DNA of 64,000 nt from an uncultured Gammaproteobacteria bacterium (lineage in GTDB: Bacteria > Patescibacteriota > Microgenomatia > Levybacterales > GWA1-39-11): the NCBI GenBank assembly GCA_964651815.1, contig CAZYWG010000005.1, positions 27,053-91,052 of the forward strand. Reading direction: 5' to 3'. Position numbers and translations under genes: made by a program. Shown here piece by piece: positions 38,345-48,387 of this stretch. Each line of letters opens with the position of its first letter. Position 1 is the stretch's first letter. The notes under the pieces were generated by a model. It was not told where the DNA came from, ran no database searches, and saw only the letters and a program-made list of their open reading frames with translations.

Positions 38345-40036
38345 TTAAGTGCCAGCTATCTTTATAGCCGGCTTTCCGTCAAGATTACGAATCTCTTGAA
38401 TTAACCCTACACCTTCCGGTATTTCATCCTTTGTACTTATATATAATACGCCTTTCCTCTGTGAATCTTGACTCCAATCAATAGAACGAAATGTATATTT
38501 TCCAAAAGAATGATGCGAGACAAAGCTTCCAGAACTATTTTCACCAATCTTTTGGTATTCTGCAGGCGGATACTTTAAATAAAACAAGAAAAACATGTAT
38601 GACTTATCCATAGGCTGGTGATCGGAAACAACAATTTCACTATATTTGTTACCTATCTTATTAACAACATCAACTGCTTTCTCATATCCATATTGCCAAT
38701 CTTCAGAACTATAATAATTTTGCTGGACAAAATATTGGTCCAGGTAATAGGAAAAATTGAATATAAAAAGTAATATACAAAAGGCGGAAATTATGTATTT
38801 TACTTTAACAAAAGAGATTTTATATTTGAGATCTAATAACCAAAAAAAGACTGCAACCAACCCTATACCGGAAAGTATTTGATATGTAGGAAGAAAATTT
38901 AATGTTCGCACGGCATGTGGAACACCGGTTGTAATTGAGGCTGGGATTGCTGCTGCCAAAAACCAAAGGAAAACTAATTTCTTACTGTTCTTGTCAAAAT
39001 CTCCAAAAAACAACATGTATATTCCTATCAAAATTAAAGGTAGCTCAAAAAGATAAATCATACCCATACCGGGCGCGTGGTGTCTTGAAATGTCTCCGGT
39101 CATAAATAGCCAATTGAGATCAAAATGGGAAAGGTAGCCTGAAATAATTGTAATTCCATAAATCAACCTCCTGTTATCAAATAAGAGTCCCAGGCGGTCG
39201 CTATTCAATTTGTCTAGATTCAGTCTTTGGCTACTATTTTTCAATACTTCCGTTTGATAAGAAAATATGCTGGTCCCTGATACCCTAAGAAGAGCAGCCC
39301 TATTATTAAGTATGTAAAAAATCATGGGCGAAACAATTATAATTCCAACAACTATTGACGTGATTAAATATTTCCTAGGAATTGAGATTAGCTTTCTAAA
39401 ATAAACGGCGACTAATATCAAAACAAGTAAGGGTGTGAACACTTTTTCACTTTGATAAACATATATACATAAACCCGCAAAAAAAGCAGAAAGAGATAAC
39501 ATCCAGGGTTTCTTTAATCCCTTAACAAAAAAAAGTGCAGTTAGAATATTTAACGCAACTCCCACATTAGACTCAAAAGCAACTCTAGAAAATTGAAGAG
39601 ACCACGGAGAAATTGCAAAAAGAGAACTCGCTGCGAGCGCAAAAAAATCTTTTTTAGGATTATGTTCAAATAATTCTCTTACCAGATAGAACACCGCGAT
39701 AACTGATATAACTCCAAATATTGCTGACGGCAGTCTAACGGCCGCAACATTTAAACCAAACATTAAAACAGTCGGAACAGCAAGATATGCATAAAGTGCA
39801 GGCTTATAATCATCAAATGAGCGGAGTACAACTGGTAAAAATTTCCCGAATTCATCTCGCCCTGTGTGAATTATTGAGTAAGCGTCATAACCGAGAGCTA
39901 CCTCATCCCAATCAGGGGAAGGTGGGACATGACCCAATTGCCACAAACGCAAAATTGTTGCCAAAACAACTATTGCAAACAGCACGATATAAACGGCACT
40001 TCTTATTCTTAATTCATGCTTCATGATTCTAATCAT
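38345..40036 (-). CDS. PMT_2/ArnT-like GT-C glycosyltransferase (GT39/83-like), tandem copy 4 of 4.
   Basis: LWQLGHVPPSPDWDEVALGYDAYSIIHTGRDEFGKFLP. The DE motif in the first periplasmic loop and the overall ArnT/PMT-like topology are present. Confidence 0.7.
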   Translation of the reverse strand: MIRIMKHELRIRSAVYIVLFAIVVLATILRLWQLGHVPPSPDWDEVALGYDAYSIIHTGRDEFGKFLPVVLRSFDDYKPALYAYLAVPTVLMFGLNVAAVRLPSAIFGVISVIAVFYLVRELFEHNPKKDFFALAASSLFAISPWSLQFSRVAFESNVGVALNILTALFFVKGLKKPWMLSLSAFFAGLCIYVYQSEKVFTPLLVLILVAVYFRKLISIPRKYLITSIVVGIIIVSPMIFYILNNRAALLRVSGTSIFSYQTEVLKNSSQRLNLDKLNSDRLGLLFDNRRLIYGITIISGYLSHFDLNWLFMTGDISRHHAPGMGMIYLFELPLILIGIYMLFFGDFDKNSKKLVFLWFLAAAIPASITTGVPHAVRTLNFLPTYQILSGIGLVAVFFWLLDLKYKISFVKVKYIISAFCILLFIFNFSYYLDQYFVQQNYYSSEDWQYGYEKAVDVVNKIGNKYSEIVVSDHQPMDKSYMFFLFYLKYPPAEYQKIGENSSGSFVSHHSFGKYTFRSIDWSQDSQRKGVLYISTKDEIPEGVGLIQEIRNLDGKPAIKIAGT

Positions 40037-41682
40037 ATTGTGTATGCCACTAAAGCAGGTTTGCCATCGAGTGTATTAAAAGTTTTCAAGATTTTAATAT
40101 TTTTGGGTAAGTTAAACGGCGTATTAATATAAAGGACTTTTTTTGAACTTGAAATTTTGTAATTGAAATCATCCGGAAAAAGATATTTTCCAAAACTTTC
40201 TACCGTCACAAATCCAAAAGGGTCTCTTTTTATTTTTGCGCTGTTTATAAAATCTTGAGATAGAGTTTTTGAGTAGAACAAATAATAAATGTAAGGCCGC
40301 CCTAATGAGTTTGTCACTTGAATGTAGTCATATTTATTCTGCACAGACCTTACATACGCAATTGAATCTTTATAACCGTATTGCCATTCTGCGGAGAACT
40401 CTTGCGGATAATGATTGTAGTATTCGTATTCAAAATAAGCAAAGTTTAAAAGACACGCAATCACTACTAGGCCAATTGCGACAAACTTTAAATCTAATCC
40501 ATAAATCCTCTTTTTTATTGGCTCAAGCATATTATACAAACCGTAAGCCGCGAGTATTTGAACTGTTGGAAGAGTAGTTTCTATCCTAAGAGCATGTGGC
40601 GTTTCTCGGGCTGTAGCGGCCGGAATTATTCCAGCGAGGAGCCATATGGGAATAATCCACCACTCTCCCTCTTTTTTCTTAAACAGCAATAAAACTCCCC
40701 CAATAATAAAAATAGATTCCCAGATATACGCCTCTCCCACGCTCTGGATTGAAAACTTAGGGTTTCCGTCTCCTCGTATAAATAAGAATAGGGGACTTAA
40801 ATTATCAAAATAATGCTTAAAATATTCTAATGAATATAAAACTCTTCGGTTGTGAATAATTTTTGACCAAACGGCTCCATGGTCATTGGCAATCTCTTGA
40901 TTTGATATTTTTACAATTGACGGATCGCTAAAAATATTTACTTCTTGAAACCGTGTTTTTGATTGAGGAGTCAACAAAAAGAAAAATAGTGGAATAAATA
41001 ATACTATACCCACGAGCGAAGCCAAAATTACTTCTCTTTTTATTTTCCACAGTTGATTTCTAAACGCAAATGTCAAAATTACAACAATTAAGGGAGCGAA
41101 AACGCGCGAAGTGTTAAACGTATTCATAGAAATGACAAAAGAAATTGCTGATAAAATTAGGTACCATTTATTAGATTGAATTGCTCCTAAAAATAGCCAA
41201 ATCCCGCTCGCCAAAAAAAATGTCGCTACGTTTGCTTCAAAAGCAGCGCGCGAAAGCATTATGTGCCACGGGCTAATAGCCAATATAAACATTGAAATTA
41301 AAGCATAATTTTCTGAATTTTTGGACTTCCAAAAAATTCTTTTGACAAGAAAATATGTAATAAAGACGGTAAGAATCCCAAAAATTGCCGATGGAAACCT
41401 TGTGGCAAATTCATTAACACCAAAAAATTTGACGGGAAGGACATCTAGATAGGCGTAAACGGGTGGTTTATAGTCGCCGAATGACTCAAGATAGACTATT
41501 GGAAGTTTGCCGAACTCGTCGTGTCCTGTTGTCCCAAGTGAGTATGCATTGTAACCCCAAGCAGCTTCATCCCATGTAAGACTTGGCGGATTATTGCCTA
41601 GTTGATAAAGTCTTAAAAAAGTGGCAATAAATACTATGAAGAGAATTAGAATAAGACTTTTATACTTTTTAAGATACAGCAT
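40033..41682 (-). CDS. PMT_2/ArnT-like GT-C glycosyltransferase, tandem copy 3 of 4.
   Basis: LYQLGNNPPSLTWDEAAWGYNAYSLGTTGHDEFGKLP. 4-nt overlap with its neighbours. Confidence 0.7.
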   Translation of the reverse strand: MLYLKKYKSLILILFIVFIATFLRLYQLGNNPPSLTWDEAAWGYNAYSLGTTGHDEFGKLPIVYLESFGDYKPPVYAYLDVLPVKFFGVNEFATRFPSAIFGILTVFITYFLVKRIFWKSKNSENYALISMFILAISPWHIMLSRAAFEANVATFFLASGIWLFLGAIQSNKWYLILSAISFVISMNTFNTSRVFAPLIVVILTFAFRNQLWKIKREVILASLVGIVLFIPLFFFLLTPQSKTRFQEVNIFSDPSIVKISNQEIANDHGAVWSKIIHNRRVLYSLEYFKHYFDNLSPLFLFIRGDGNPKFSIQSVGEAYIWESIFIIGGVLLLFKKKEGEWWIIPIWLLAGIIPAATARETPHALRIETTLPTVQILAAYGLYNMLEPIKKRIYGLDLKFVAIGLVVIACLLNFAYFEYEYYNHYPQEFSAEWQYGYKDSIAYVRSVQNKYDYIQVTNSLGRPYIYYLFYSKTLSQDFINSAKIKRDPFGFVTVESFGKYLFPDDFNYKISSSKKVLYINTPFNLPKNIKILKTFNTLDGKPALVAYTI

Positions 41683-41683
41683 A

Positions 41684-43393
41684 TTATTTCAGCATTAATT
41701 CCAGCATTTTCTGACTATTCTCATATTCTAACAAATCTGTAGAGTTAACTGCCTTAAAAATTGTATTTCCCAATTTATCTTTAACAACAAAAACGGGAGT
41801 TATTATTTTTGGAAAATCTACTGGGTTTGATACTATTAAAACCTTTTGGTTGGACAATTTTTTTAGTTGGCTTGCCGTGGGTGGATTATCGACAAAATAT
41901 ATATTATTAATTCTGTCAATTGATATCCATCCGTCCTCACCTGTTTTGTAATCCACCCCTTCCTTTTTTTGAAAAGATGAAGGATCATATTTTTTGTAAA
42001 AAAGATAATAGATGTATTGCTTTGCATCATTTAAATGCCTTGAAATGTATATACGGTCATAGCCAGTTTCAACAGAATATGTTTTTTGCATCAATTCTCT
42101 ATAACCATATTGGGAGAAAATGGAATAATTGTTCTTAAAATAACTGTTGTAAAGTATGTAAAAAGAAGTAAAGCTGAACAAAATTACTAAAATAAATGCC
42201 AAGCTAAATAATCGTCCAAACTTTTGCTTGTTCAAAACGTCAAATAGGAAAAAAGCTCCAATTCCATTAAGAATAGCAAGATAAGGAATCATAATAGACG
42301 CTCTTGTATAATTTCCATCACTTGTCAAAGAATCAGGTAATGCCGATAGTAAAAATAAAAGAATAAAAATAATATTAAGTTTTCGCTGTTTTTCTTGCCT
42401 TAATAAAAAAACGATTCCTAGAATTAATAACGGAAAACAAAAAAGATAATCTAAACCTCTAAGTGGCAATATTGAAAACTGTGTCGCTGTACCATTTATA
42501 TATAAAAAATTGGGTGAAAAATGGGACAAATAATTCTTGACAAATATACTTATAAAAAGAGCGATTTTATTATCAGCTATTTTACAAATGTTGGGATTTA
42601 CTATTGCAAGACACTGTCCTCTTTCATCGTTAAGAGTATTAATAAGACCAATACTATTGATGTTAGTTGTTATTCCAACTTGTGAAAATCTTACTGAAGC
42701 AGAATTTTTTTGGAAAATTATTGGGGATATAAGAATCAAAAAAAATATTAATACATAAAATAATGGTTTGAATCCTAGTTCTTTCTTATAATTTGCGTAA
42801 AGAATTAAAAACAATGTAATTGGAGCATACAGAATATAAGCGGAGTATGTATACATGCAGGCTGCAAGAAAAAAAGAGGAAATTAGGAGATCCTTTCGGG
42901 ATTTTTGTATAAATCCAAAAAATAACGCCAGAATTAAAAATAAAACAGCAATATTTGATTCATGCCCTATTCTATTTAGCCCAAACGCCCAGGGCATTAT
43001 TGCAAGTAAAACTGCCGAAAGCAAAGCTGCTTTAGAATTGACTAATTTCTTAACTAGAAAAAACAATACAATAACTGATAAAACACCTGCCAGTGCCGAC
43101 ATAAACCTTATAGAAAATTCGCTGAGTCCAAATAGTGCTATAGGGATTATTGAGGTATATCTAAATACAGGAGGTTGAAAATCCCCAAAACCTATAAAAT
43201 TGCTTATTGGCAAGAAATTATTCCATTGATCGTGCCCTGTCTTAAGTAGCGAATATGCATCATACCCAGCGTTCGCTTCATCATTTAAAAAGCCTGCAGG
43301 AATATTCCCCAATTGGTAAAAACGTAGAAATGTAGTGAATGCGAAAACTGCAATTAATATTATTGTTAGTTTGTTTTTAAACAAATTTTTCAT
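41684..43393 (-). CDS. PMT_2/ArnT-like GT-C glycosyltransferase, tandem copy 2 of 4.
   Basis: FYQLGNIPAGFLNDEANAGYDAYSLLKTGHDQWNNFLP. Confidence 0.7.
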   Translation of the reverse strand: MKNLFKNKLTIILIAVFAFTTFLRFYQLGNIPAGFLNDEANAGYDAYSLLKTGHDQWNNFLPISNFIGFGDFQPPVFRYTSIIPIALFGLSEFSIRFMSALAGVLSVIVLFFLVKKLVNSKAALLSAVLLAIMPWAFGLNRIGHESNIAVLFLILALFFGFIQKSRKDLLISSFFLAACMYTYSAYILYAPITLFLILYANYKKELGFKPLFYVLIFFLILISPIIFQKNSASVRFSQVGITTNINSIGLINTLNDERGQCLAIVNPNICKIADNKIALFISIFVKNYLSHFSPNFLYINGTATQFSILPLRGLDYLFCFPLLILGIVFLLRQEKQRKLNIIFILLFLLSALPDSLTSDGNYTRASIMIPYLAILNGIGAFFLFDVLNKQKFGRLFSLAFILVILFSFTSFYILYNSYFKNNYSIFSQYGYRELMQKTYSVETGYDRIYISRHLNDAKQYIYYLFYKKYDPSSFQKKEGVDYKTGEDGWISIDRINNIYFVDNPPTASQLKKLSNQKVLIVSNPVDFPKIITPVFVVKDKLGNTIFKAVNSTDLLEYENSQKMLELMLK

Positions 43394-45102
43394 TTTGTAA
43401 TTGACATAACCTTAAATGCCGCAGTGTTATCGCTTCTCTTAATAATCGCTATTTTTTCGACTCCTTCACTCGGCGTCTCACATTGCCCATCATCTACATA
43501 TAAAATTCCTTTTTCTCCAACTAATTTTGTTACTAAAATACCCGTTTTTTTATCAGTATCTTGGTACGCCCTGAGTGGACACCCATCTTTTGATATATGA
43601 TACTTATCAAATGAAACGCTTCCATAATCCTGGCCTATTGTATTCTTTTTAAGAATATTTTGAACAATTTTTGGATCATAACTGTTGTAGAAAAAAATAA
43701 ACATTGAAGGACTTCCGTATGAATCTGAAATTACTACCTTTTTATATTTAAGTGTGTATTTGTTTAGAGTTGACACCAATTCGCGGTATCCTTCTTCGCG
43801 AAACCAAGGCCTATGAACAACCTGCTGGACGTAGTAAGAATAAAGATAGAAAGATAAACTATATGCAATTACAACAGCAACACAAAACATTGCAAATCTG
43901 AATACCCACTTATTTTTAAAACTTGTAAAAAAATTATAAATTTCACACAAACCAAGCGCCGAAATAATTGATAGAGCGGGAAAAATAATAAGAGTTCGTT
44001 GGAGATTTGGCACATCGTCAAAAGTCAGAGCACTTCCCACAGGTGCGAGAGCCACCCAACCAAGAATTAATACTCCCAACTTTTTGTCATTTCTAAATAA
44101 GCTCCAAATACCCAAAAATAAAAGGGGAATATCAAAAAAATACAAAATTCCCATATCAGGAACTCTATATCTTGCCGGCAATCCTTGATCAGTAAAGAGA
44201 AAAGAATATGAAAAATGTTGAAAATAATTTTGTGCAAATGTTGTTGAATAATTGAGAATTTTATTATGAAAAACCCGGGCAATCTGTGGCGGAACATTCA
44301 TCACCCCATCTTCTCTAAGTTCTTCATTTAATACCAGCTGTGTTTGAGGATTCTGAAATATAGATAATGTCCTTAGCCTGAAGGAGAGAGTTGGCGAAAG
44401 AATTATTAATGCAACAGGAATAATTATTAAAAGAATGTATAAAGCAATGGGGCTAAAAAATTTTTTGACTCCGCTTTTTTTATTCGCAAATAAAGTCACA
44501 ACTAACAATATCGGAATAAAAAGTGGCAGAAAACTTCTGGGTGCTTGGTACGTCAAAAGGGTTATTAAAAGAGAAAGATAACTTAGAATAAGAAGATAAA
44601 ATTTATTCTTCTCATTCCATAATAAAAATAACCAGATTCCAAGAGATATAAAAAATACAACTATAACATTCTCCGTTGAGACACGCGATAAGTTAATATT
44701 CCACGGAGAAATTGCGATAAAAAATGCTGCAAATATTGCAATAGTTTCTGAGTTTTTAAACTTTGAAAAAAGTTTATTAGTAAGTAAAAAGGTTGTCAGA
44801 ATAGTTAAGCTTCCAAACAACGCTGCAGCAAACCTTACAGAAAATTCATTCAAACCAAAAAGAATTATAAAAGGAATTGAAAAATACGAATAACCCGCCG
44901 GACTATAAAGAAAAGACTTAAAGTGAATGGGTAGAAAACCGCCGGTAATCTCACTCCCAGTTTTGAGTATCGAATAAGCGTTATACCCGAGGTATGCTTC
45001 GTCTGTGTGAAAGCCTAATGGGATTAAACCAAGTTTGTAAAACCGGAGAGCTGTACCAAGTAAAAAAATGATCAATAAAAAAACATATACTTTTTTCGTC
45101 AT
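43390..45102 (-). CDS. PMT_2/ArnT-like GT-C glycosyltransferase, tandem copy 1 of 4.
   Basis: FYKLGLIPLGFHTDEAYLGYNAYSILKTGSEITGGFLP. Confidence 0.7.
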   Translation of the reverse strand: MTKKVYVFLLIIFLLGTALRFYKLGLIPLGFHTDEAYLGYNAYSILKTGSEITGGFLPIHFKSFLYSPAGYSYFSIPFIILFGLNEFSVRFAAALFGSLTILTTFLLTNKLFSKFKNSETIAIFAAFFIAISPWNINLSRVSTENVIVVFFISLGIWLFLLWNEKNKFYLLILSYLSLLITLLTYQAPRSFLPLFIPILLVVTLFANKKSGVKKFFSPIALYILLIIIPVALIILSPTLSFRLRTLSIFQNPQTQLVLNEELREDGVMNVPPQIARVFHNKILNYSTTFAQNYFQHFSYSFLFTDQGLPARYRVPDMGILYFFDIPLLFLGIWSLFRNDKKLGVLILGWVALAPVGSALTFDDVPNLQRTLIIFPALSIISALGLCEIYNFFTSFKNKWVFRFAMFCVAVVIAYSLSFYLYSYYVQQVVHRPWFREEGYRELVSTLNKYTLKYKKVVISDSYGSPSMFIFFYNSYDPKIVQNILKKNTIGQDYGSVSFDKYHISKDGCPLRAYQDTDKKTGILVTKLVGEKGILYVDDGQCETPSEGVEKIAIIKRSDNTAAFKVMSITK

Positions 45103-46748
45103 ACAAGCACATTGTTAATCTTCTTTTTGAAAACCCACATCAGAATTAAAACAATTATAGAAAACAAGCTTATATAATCTGCAAATTGCCTCGAGCGAGT
45201 TTCTTGAAATTTAATCTCGGCCTTATGCTTTCCGTTCGGAACATTAAAAGTTATTAATCCCCTATGGTTCATATCCTGAAATTGAATAAGTGTTTCCTGT
45301 TTATCTACATAAACTTTCCATCCTGGAAAGTAAACTGTATTGTCAACTATAGTCATCTTTGTTTTTGCTAATAGAGTAAGAACATGCAAGTTGCTTTTCT
45401 TCTTTTCGCTTTCTATTTCACCTTTTCCGGAAATTATTTCATATTGGTTATTGGCCCTCTTCCAAAAATCACCAGCAGTCCATATAGAACTCGTTCTCAA
45501 ATGATAATCCGTAGTCCCTTGATAAGAATTGTAAAAATTATCCGTATGATTTACATACCCTTGGACTTTTATAAATGGGGCGGAAAAAATGATAAACAAA
45601 ACCATAGCTAAAAGTAGTAGGGTTTTACTTTTAATGTAATTCATTATGTAAAAAATTACTATGCAAGCACTAAAACCTGAAAGCGCGGTAAACCGCCAAG
45701 GATAACCCATTTGCCTCACTACTGGAAGATGCTCCCATAAAATTTTTGAGTATTCCGTAGTCATAAAAGCTGCCCCTAAAAAAATTATTAGCCAAAAAAC
45801 TATTTCCTTCCTATACTTCTTAATTCTTGATAAAAATAAAATTGTAAGCAGTGGTAAAACAAGATATAAAATACCTATCTGCGGTGAAAGCCCGTTTTTT
45901 AAATTGATATCCGGACCAAATCCCCACGGAGAATAAAGTAAGTGAAAAATAGGTACAAAATTTGTCTTATATAAAGTGTCGACCATAAGTTTTTCGTAGA
46001 CAAACTTCCCTTCCAGAATTGCAGGTAACCAGAAAAAACATGACACACCTAACCCGACTAAAAAAATGAACAAAGAACGAATAAATCCATATAGGCTTTT
46101 GGCAAAAACAATAGAATAAAGAAAAAATACAGGTGAAAATATGGCTGCCATCCCATTATGGGATAATACAAAGAAGCCGTAAGCAAAACTTCCTAAAATT
46201 ATAGCTGTGATACGTTTCTCTTTTTGGGCATTATCAATTGACAAAAAAATCAATGGGATAAAAATAAAACTCAACATTTCAGCAACGTCCCCTCTCACAA
46301 ATGTATCAAGGAGCCTATAAGGCAGAACTAAATATATTATTGATGTTGCGAAGGCAATTTCTTTCTTTGAATTTTTTGAAAGCCAATGGAAAAGTAAAAT
46401 GGGACCAAGCAAGAAACTCGCTGACATAATTAACTTATACGTGTTTTCGTATGATATTCCTCCAAAATGAATAAAGCTCGCAAGATAACCTGGTAGTGGA
46501 TAAAAGAAAATAAAAAGAGGAGAACCATATCCATAGTTTAAGTTGCCTGCCCACCTTGGGATCATTTGACCGTCTAAAAAAGCTTTAAAATACGCGGCGA
46601 ATCTTGCTACGTGAGCTTCACCATCCTGCGACATGTAAAAATTTGAATGCAAAATAGGAAACAAAAGAAGCAAGCCTATCAAAAAAATAAGAAGACTATA
46701 AAAATTTTCAACAATTAATTTACGAACCTGTATTTTAAAAGTTTCCAT
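45099..46748 (-). CDS. Family B polytopic membrane protein (YfhO-superfamily-like GT-C candidate), paralog B2.
   Basis: SQDGEAHVARF...MIPRWAGNLNYGYGSPLFIFFYPLPGYL at the N-terminus. YFPGWKVYVDKQETLIQFQDMNHRGLITFNVPNGKHKAEIKF near the C-terminus, followed by a TM anchor. Confidence 0.65.
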   Translation of the reverse strand: METFKIQVRKLIVENFYSLLIFLIGLLLLFPILHSNFYMSQDGEAHVARFAAYFKAFLDGQMIPRWAGNLNYGYGSPLFIFFYPLPGYLASFIHFGGISYENTYKLIMSASFLLGPILLFHWLSKNSKKEIAFATSIIYLVLPYRLLDTFVRGDVAEMLSFIFIPLIFLSIDNAQKEKRITAIILGSFAYGFFVLSHNGMAAIFSPVFFLYSIVFAKSLYGFIRSLFIFLVGLGVSCFFWLPAILEGKFVYEKLMVDTLYKTNFVPIFHLLYSPWGFGPDINLKNGLSPQIGILYLVLPLLTILFLSRIKKYRKEIVFWLIIFLGAAFMTTEYSKILWEHLPVVRQMGYPWRFTALSGFSACIVIFYIMNYIKSKTLLLLAMVLFIIFSAPFIKVQGYVNHTDNFYNSYQGTTDYHLRTSSIWTAGDFWKRANNQYEIISGKGEIESEKKKSNLHVLTLLAKTKMTIVDNTVYFPGWKVYVDKQETLIQFQDMNHRGLITFNVPNGKHKAEIKFQETRSRQFADYISLFSIIVLILMWVFKKKINNVLV

Positions 46749-47452
46749 AAGGCAACTGCACCATCGGTAACGGTATTTAGTTTTTTTCCTTCTTCGTATC
46801 CACGAGGTGTTGTTTTTATCGGAATTTCTTTAATTTTTAAACCTTTTTTTAAAAGCTTGGCAGTAATCTCAGGTTCAAAGTCAAAACGTTTAGAGGAAAG
46901 ATTCATATTTAGCACGGCTTTTCTAGGGAAAAGCTTATAACACGTTTCCATATCTGTGATCCACTGTCCGTACAATACACTTGTGATAAGACTTAAAAAT
47001 CTATTACCAATATAATGAATTAAAAACTGTGGTCTTCTTTCTTCATTTTTAAAGTGAGGAAGCCTATTTAGCCGGGTTCCATAAACAACGTCATTTTTTT
47101 CTTTAATATAGGAAAATAATATGGGGATGTCTGTTGGGTCGTATTCTAAATCGGCATCTTGAATAATAATATAGTCTCCCGTTGCATCATTTATTCCCGT
47201 GCGGACTGCTGCTCCCTTTCCCAAGTTTTCCCCATGCTTTATAAACTTAAAATTACTTGTTTTCGAATTATTTGAGTTTTTGTTAAAAAAACCGGTCTCT
47301 GTAATTTGCTCTACAGTAGAATCACTTGAACCATCATCAACCACAATTACTTCAACCGTAACATTTTTGATTATTACCTTTTTTACACGGTGTAAAACTT
47401 TGGAAATGGTTTTCTCTTCGTTAAAAACCGGAATAATTATTGATAACTTCAT
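46715..47452 (-). CDS. GT2, a DPM1/CsbB/GtrB-like polyprenyl-phosphate sugar synthase.
   Basis: 245 aa with LSIIIPVFNEEKTISKVL...VIVVDDGSSDST, ENLGKGAAVRTGINDATGDYIIIQDADLEYDP and a C-terminal TM-less tail, as in DPM1-like enzymes. Confidence 0.75.
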   Translation of the reverse strand: MKLSIIIPVFNEEKTISKVLHRVKKVIIKNVTVEVIVVDDGSSDSTVEQITETGFFNKNSNNSKTSNFKFIKHGENLGKGAAVRTGINDATGDYIIIQDADLEYDPTDIPILFSYIKEKNDVVYGTRLNRLPHFKNEERRPQFLIHYIGNRFLSLITSVLYGQWITDMETCYKLFPRKAVLNMNLSSKRFDFEPEITAKLLKKGLKIKEIPIKTTPRGYEEGKKLNTVTDGAVALWKLLKYRFVN

Positions 47453-48387
47453 TTATGTAATAACTCGGAATCCTTTTTTCTATATTGTTTTTTTTGTTTT
47501 TTCCTTTTCTGAATTATAGCAGGAATTCTTACAACCGCATAGAAAAATCCAATAAAGAAAGCAGTATCAAAATTAATAATCGCGTGAGCAAAATGATATG
47601 GAAGCCAAAGTGTGTGCGAAATTATTAAATTAGAGTCTGTTATATTCTTCCAAATAAATGTGAATTGATTTCTATAAGCAATTTTTTTAATTTGATTATT
47701 TTTGTAATGTTTTTTAATTGCTCCTTTATCGTGATGGTGCTCAACTACACTTTTTGGTTCAAATAGAATGTTATATCCGGATTTTTGTGCTCTGTAGGAA
47801 AGATCTATGTCTTCCCAATAAAAAGGGTTGTATAACGGGTCAAACCCTCCAATTTCCTCAAATATCTTCCGGCGAATAAGGCTGCTTCCACCGGAAATCC
47901 AAAATGTATCTTTTTTGTCAACTTCTCCCCTAGAATGAACTAGAAAGCCCCGCGACCAGCGAGCAACTCCCCTTCCACGTAAAATTACTTTTTCTTCTTC
48001 AATGCTCTTATCCATTAATCCAACTCCAAAAAGTTCTTCATTTTTAACAAAATGTTTTATTGCATCATCTAAGAAATTTTCTTCTACGACAATATCAGTG
48101 TTCAAAAGAAAAACCAAATCGCTATTACAAGCACTCACGCCGTTGTTAACATTTGATGAAAACCCTAAATTCTTTTTGTTCCTTAACAACCTTAATTTTA
48201 TAGGGTGGGTTTTTTTTATTTTTTCAACAAAAATATTAAGAGCATTGAAATCCTCTTCTTTTGAAAAGTCATCTGTTATAACAATTTGGCCAACATTATA
48301 TTTTGAGATATATTTGATTAAAATCGGGAGATTTTTTTCTATCAAATTAAAACCGTTATAATTAGGAATTACTACATCTATTTTCAT
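47449..48387 (-). CDS. GT2 family glycosyltransferase.
   Basis: IDVVIPNYNGFNLIEKNLPIL; DxD region LLNTDIVVEE; C-terminal FYWEDIDLSYR (GT2 'ED' motif). Confidence 0.75.
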   Translation of the reverse strand: MKIDVVIPNYNGFNLIEKNLPILIKYISKYNVGQIVITDDFSKEEDFNALNIFVEKIKKTHPIKLRLLRNKKNLGFSSNVNNGVSACNSDLVFLLNTDIVVEENFLDDAIKHFVKNEELFGVGLMDKSIEEEKVILRGRGVARWSRGFLVHSRGEVDKKDTFWISGGSSLIRRKIFEEIGGFDPLYNPFYWEDIDLSYRAQKSGYNILFEPKSVVEHHHDKGAIKKHYKNNQIKKIAYRNQFTFIWKNITDSNLIISHTLWLPYHFAHAIINFDTAFFIGFFYAVVRIPAIIQKRKKQKKQYRKKDSELLHK

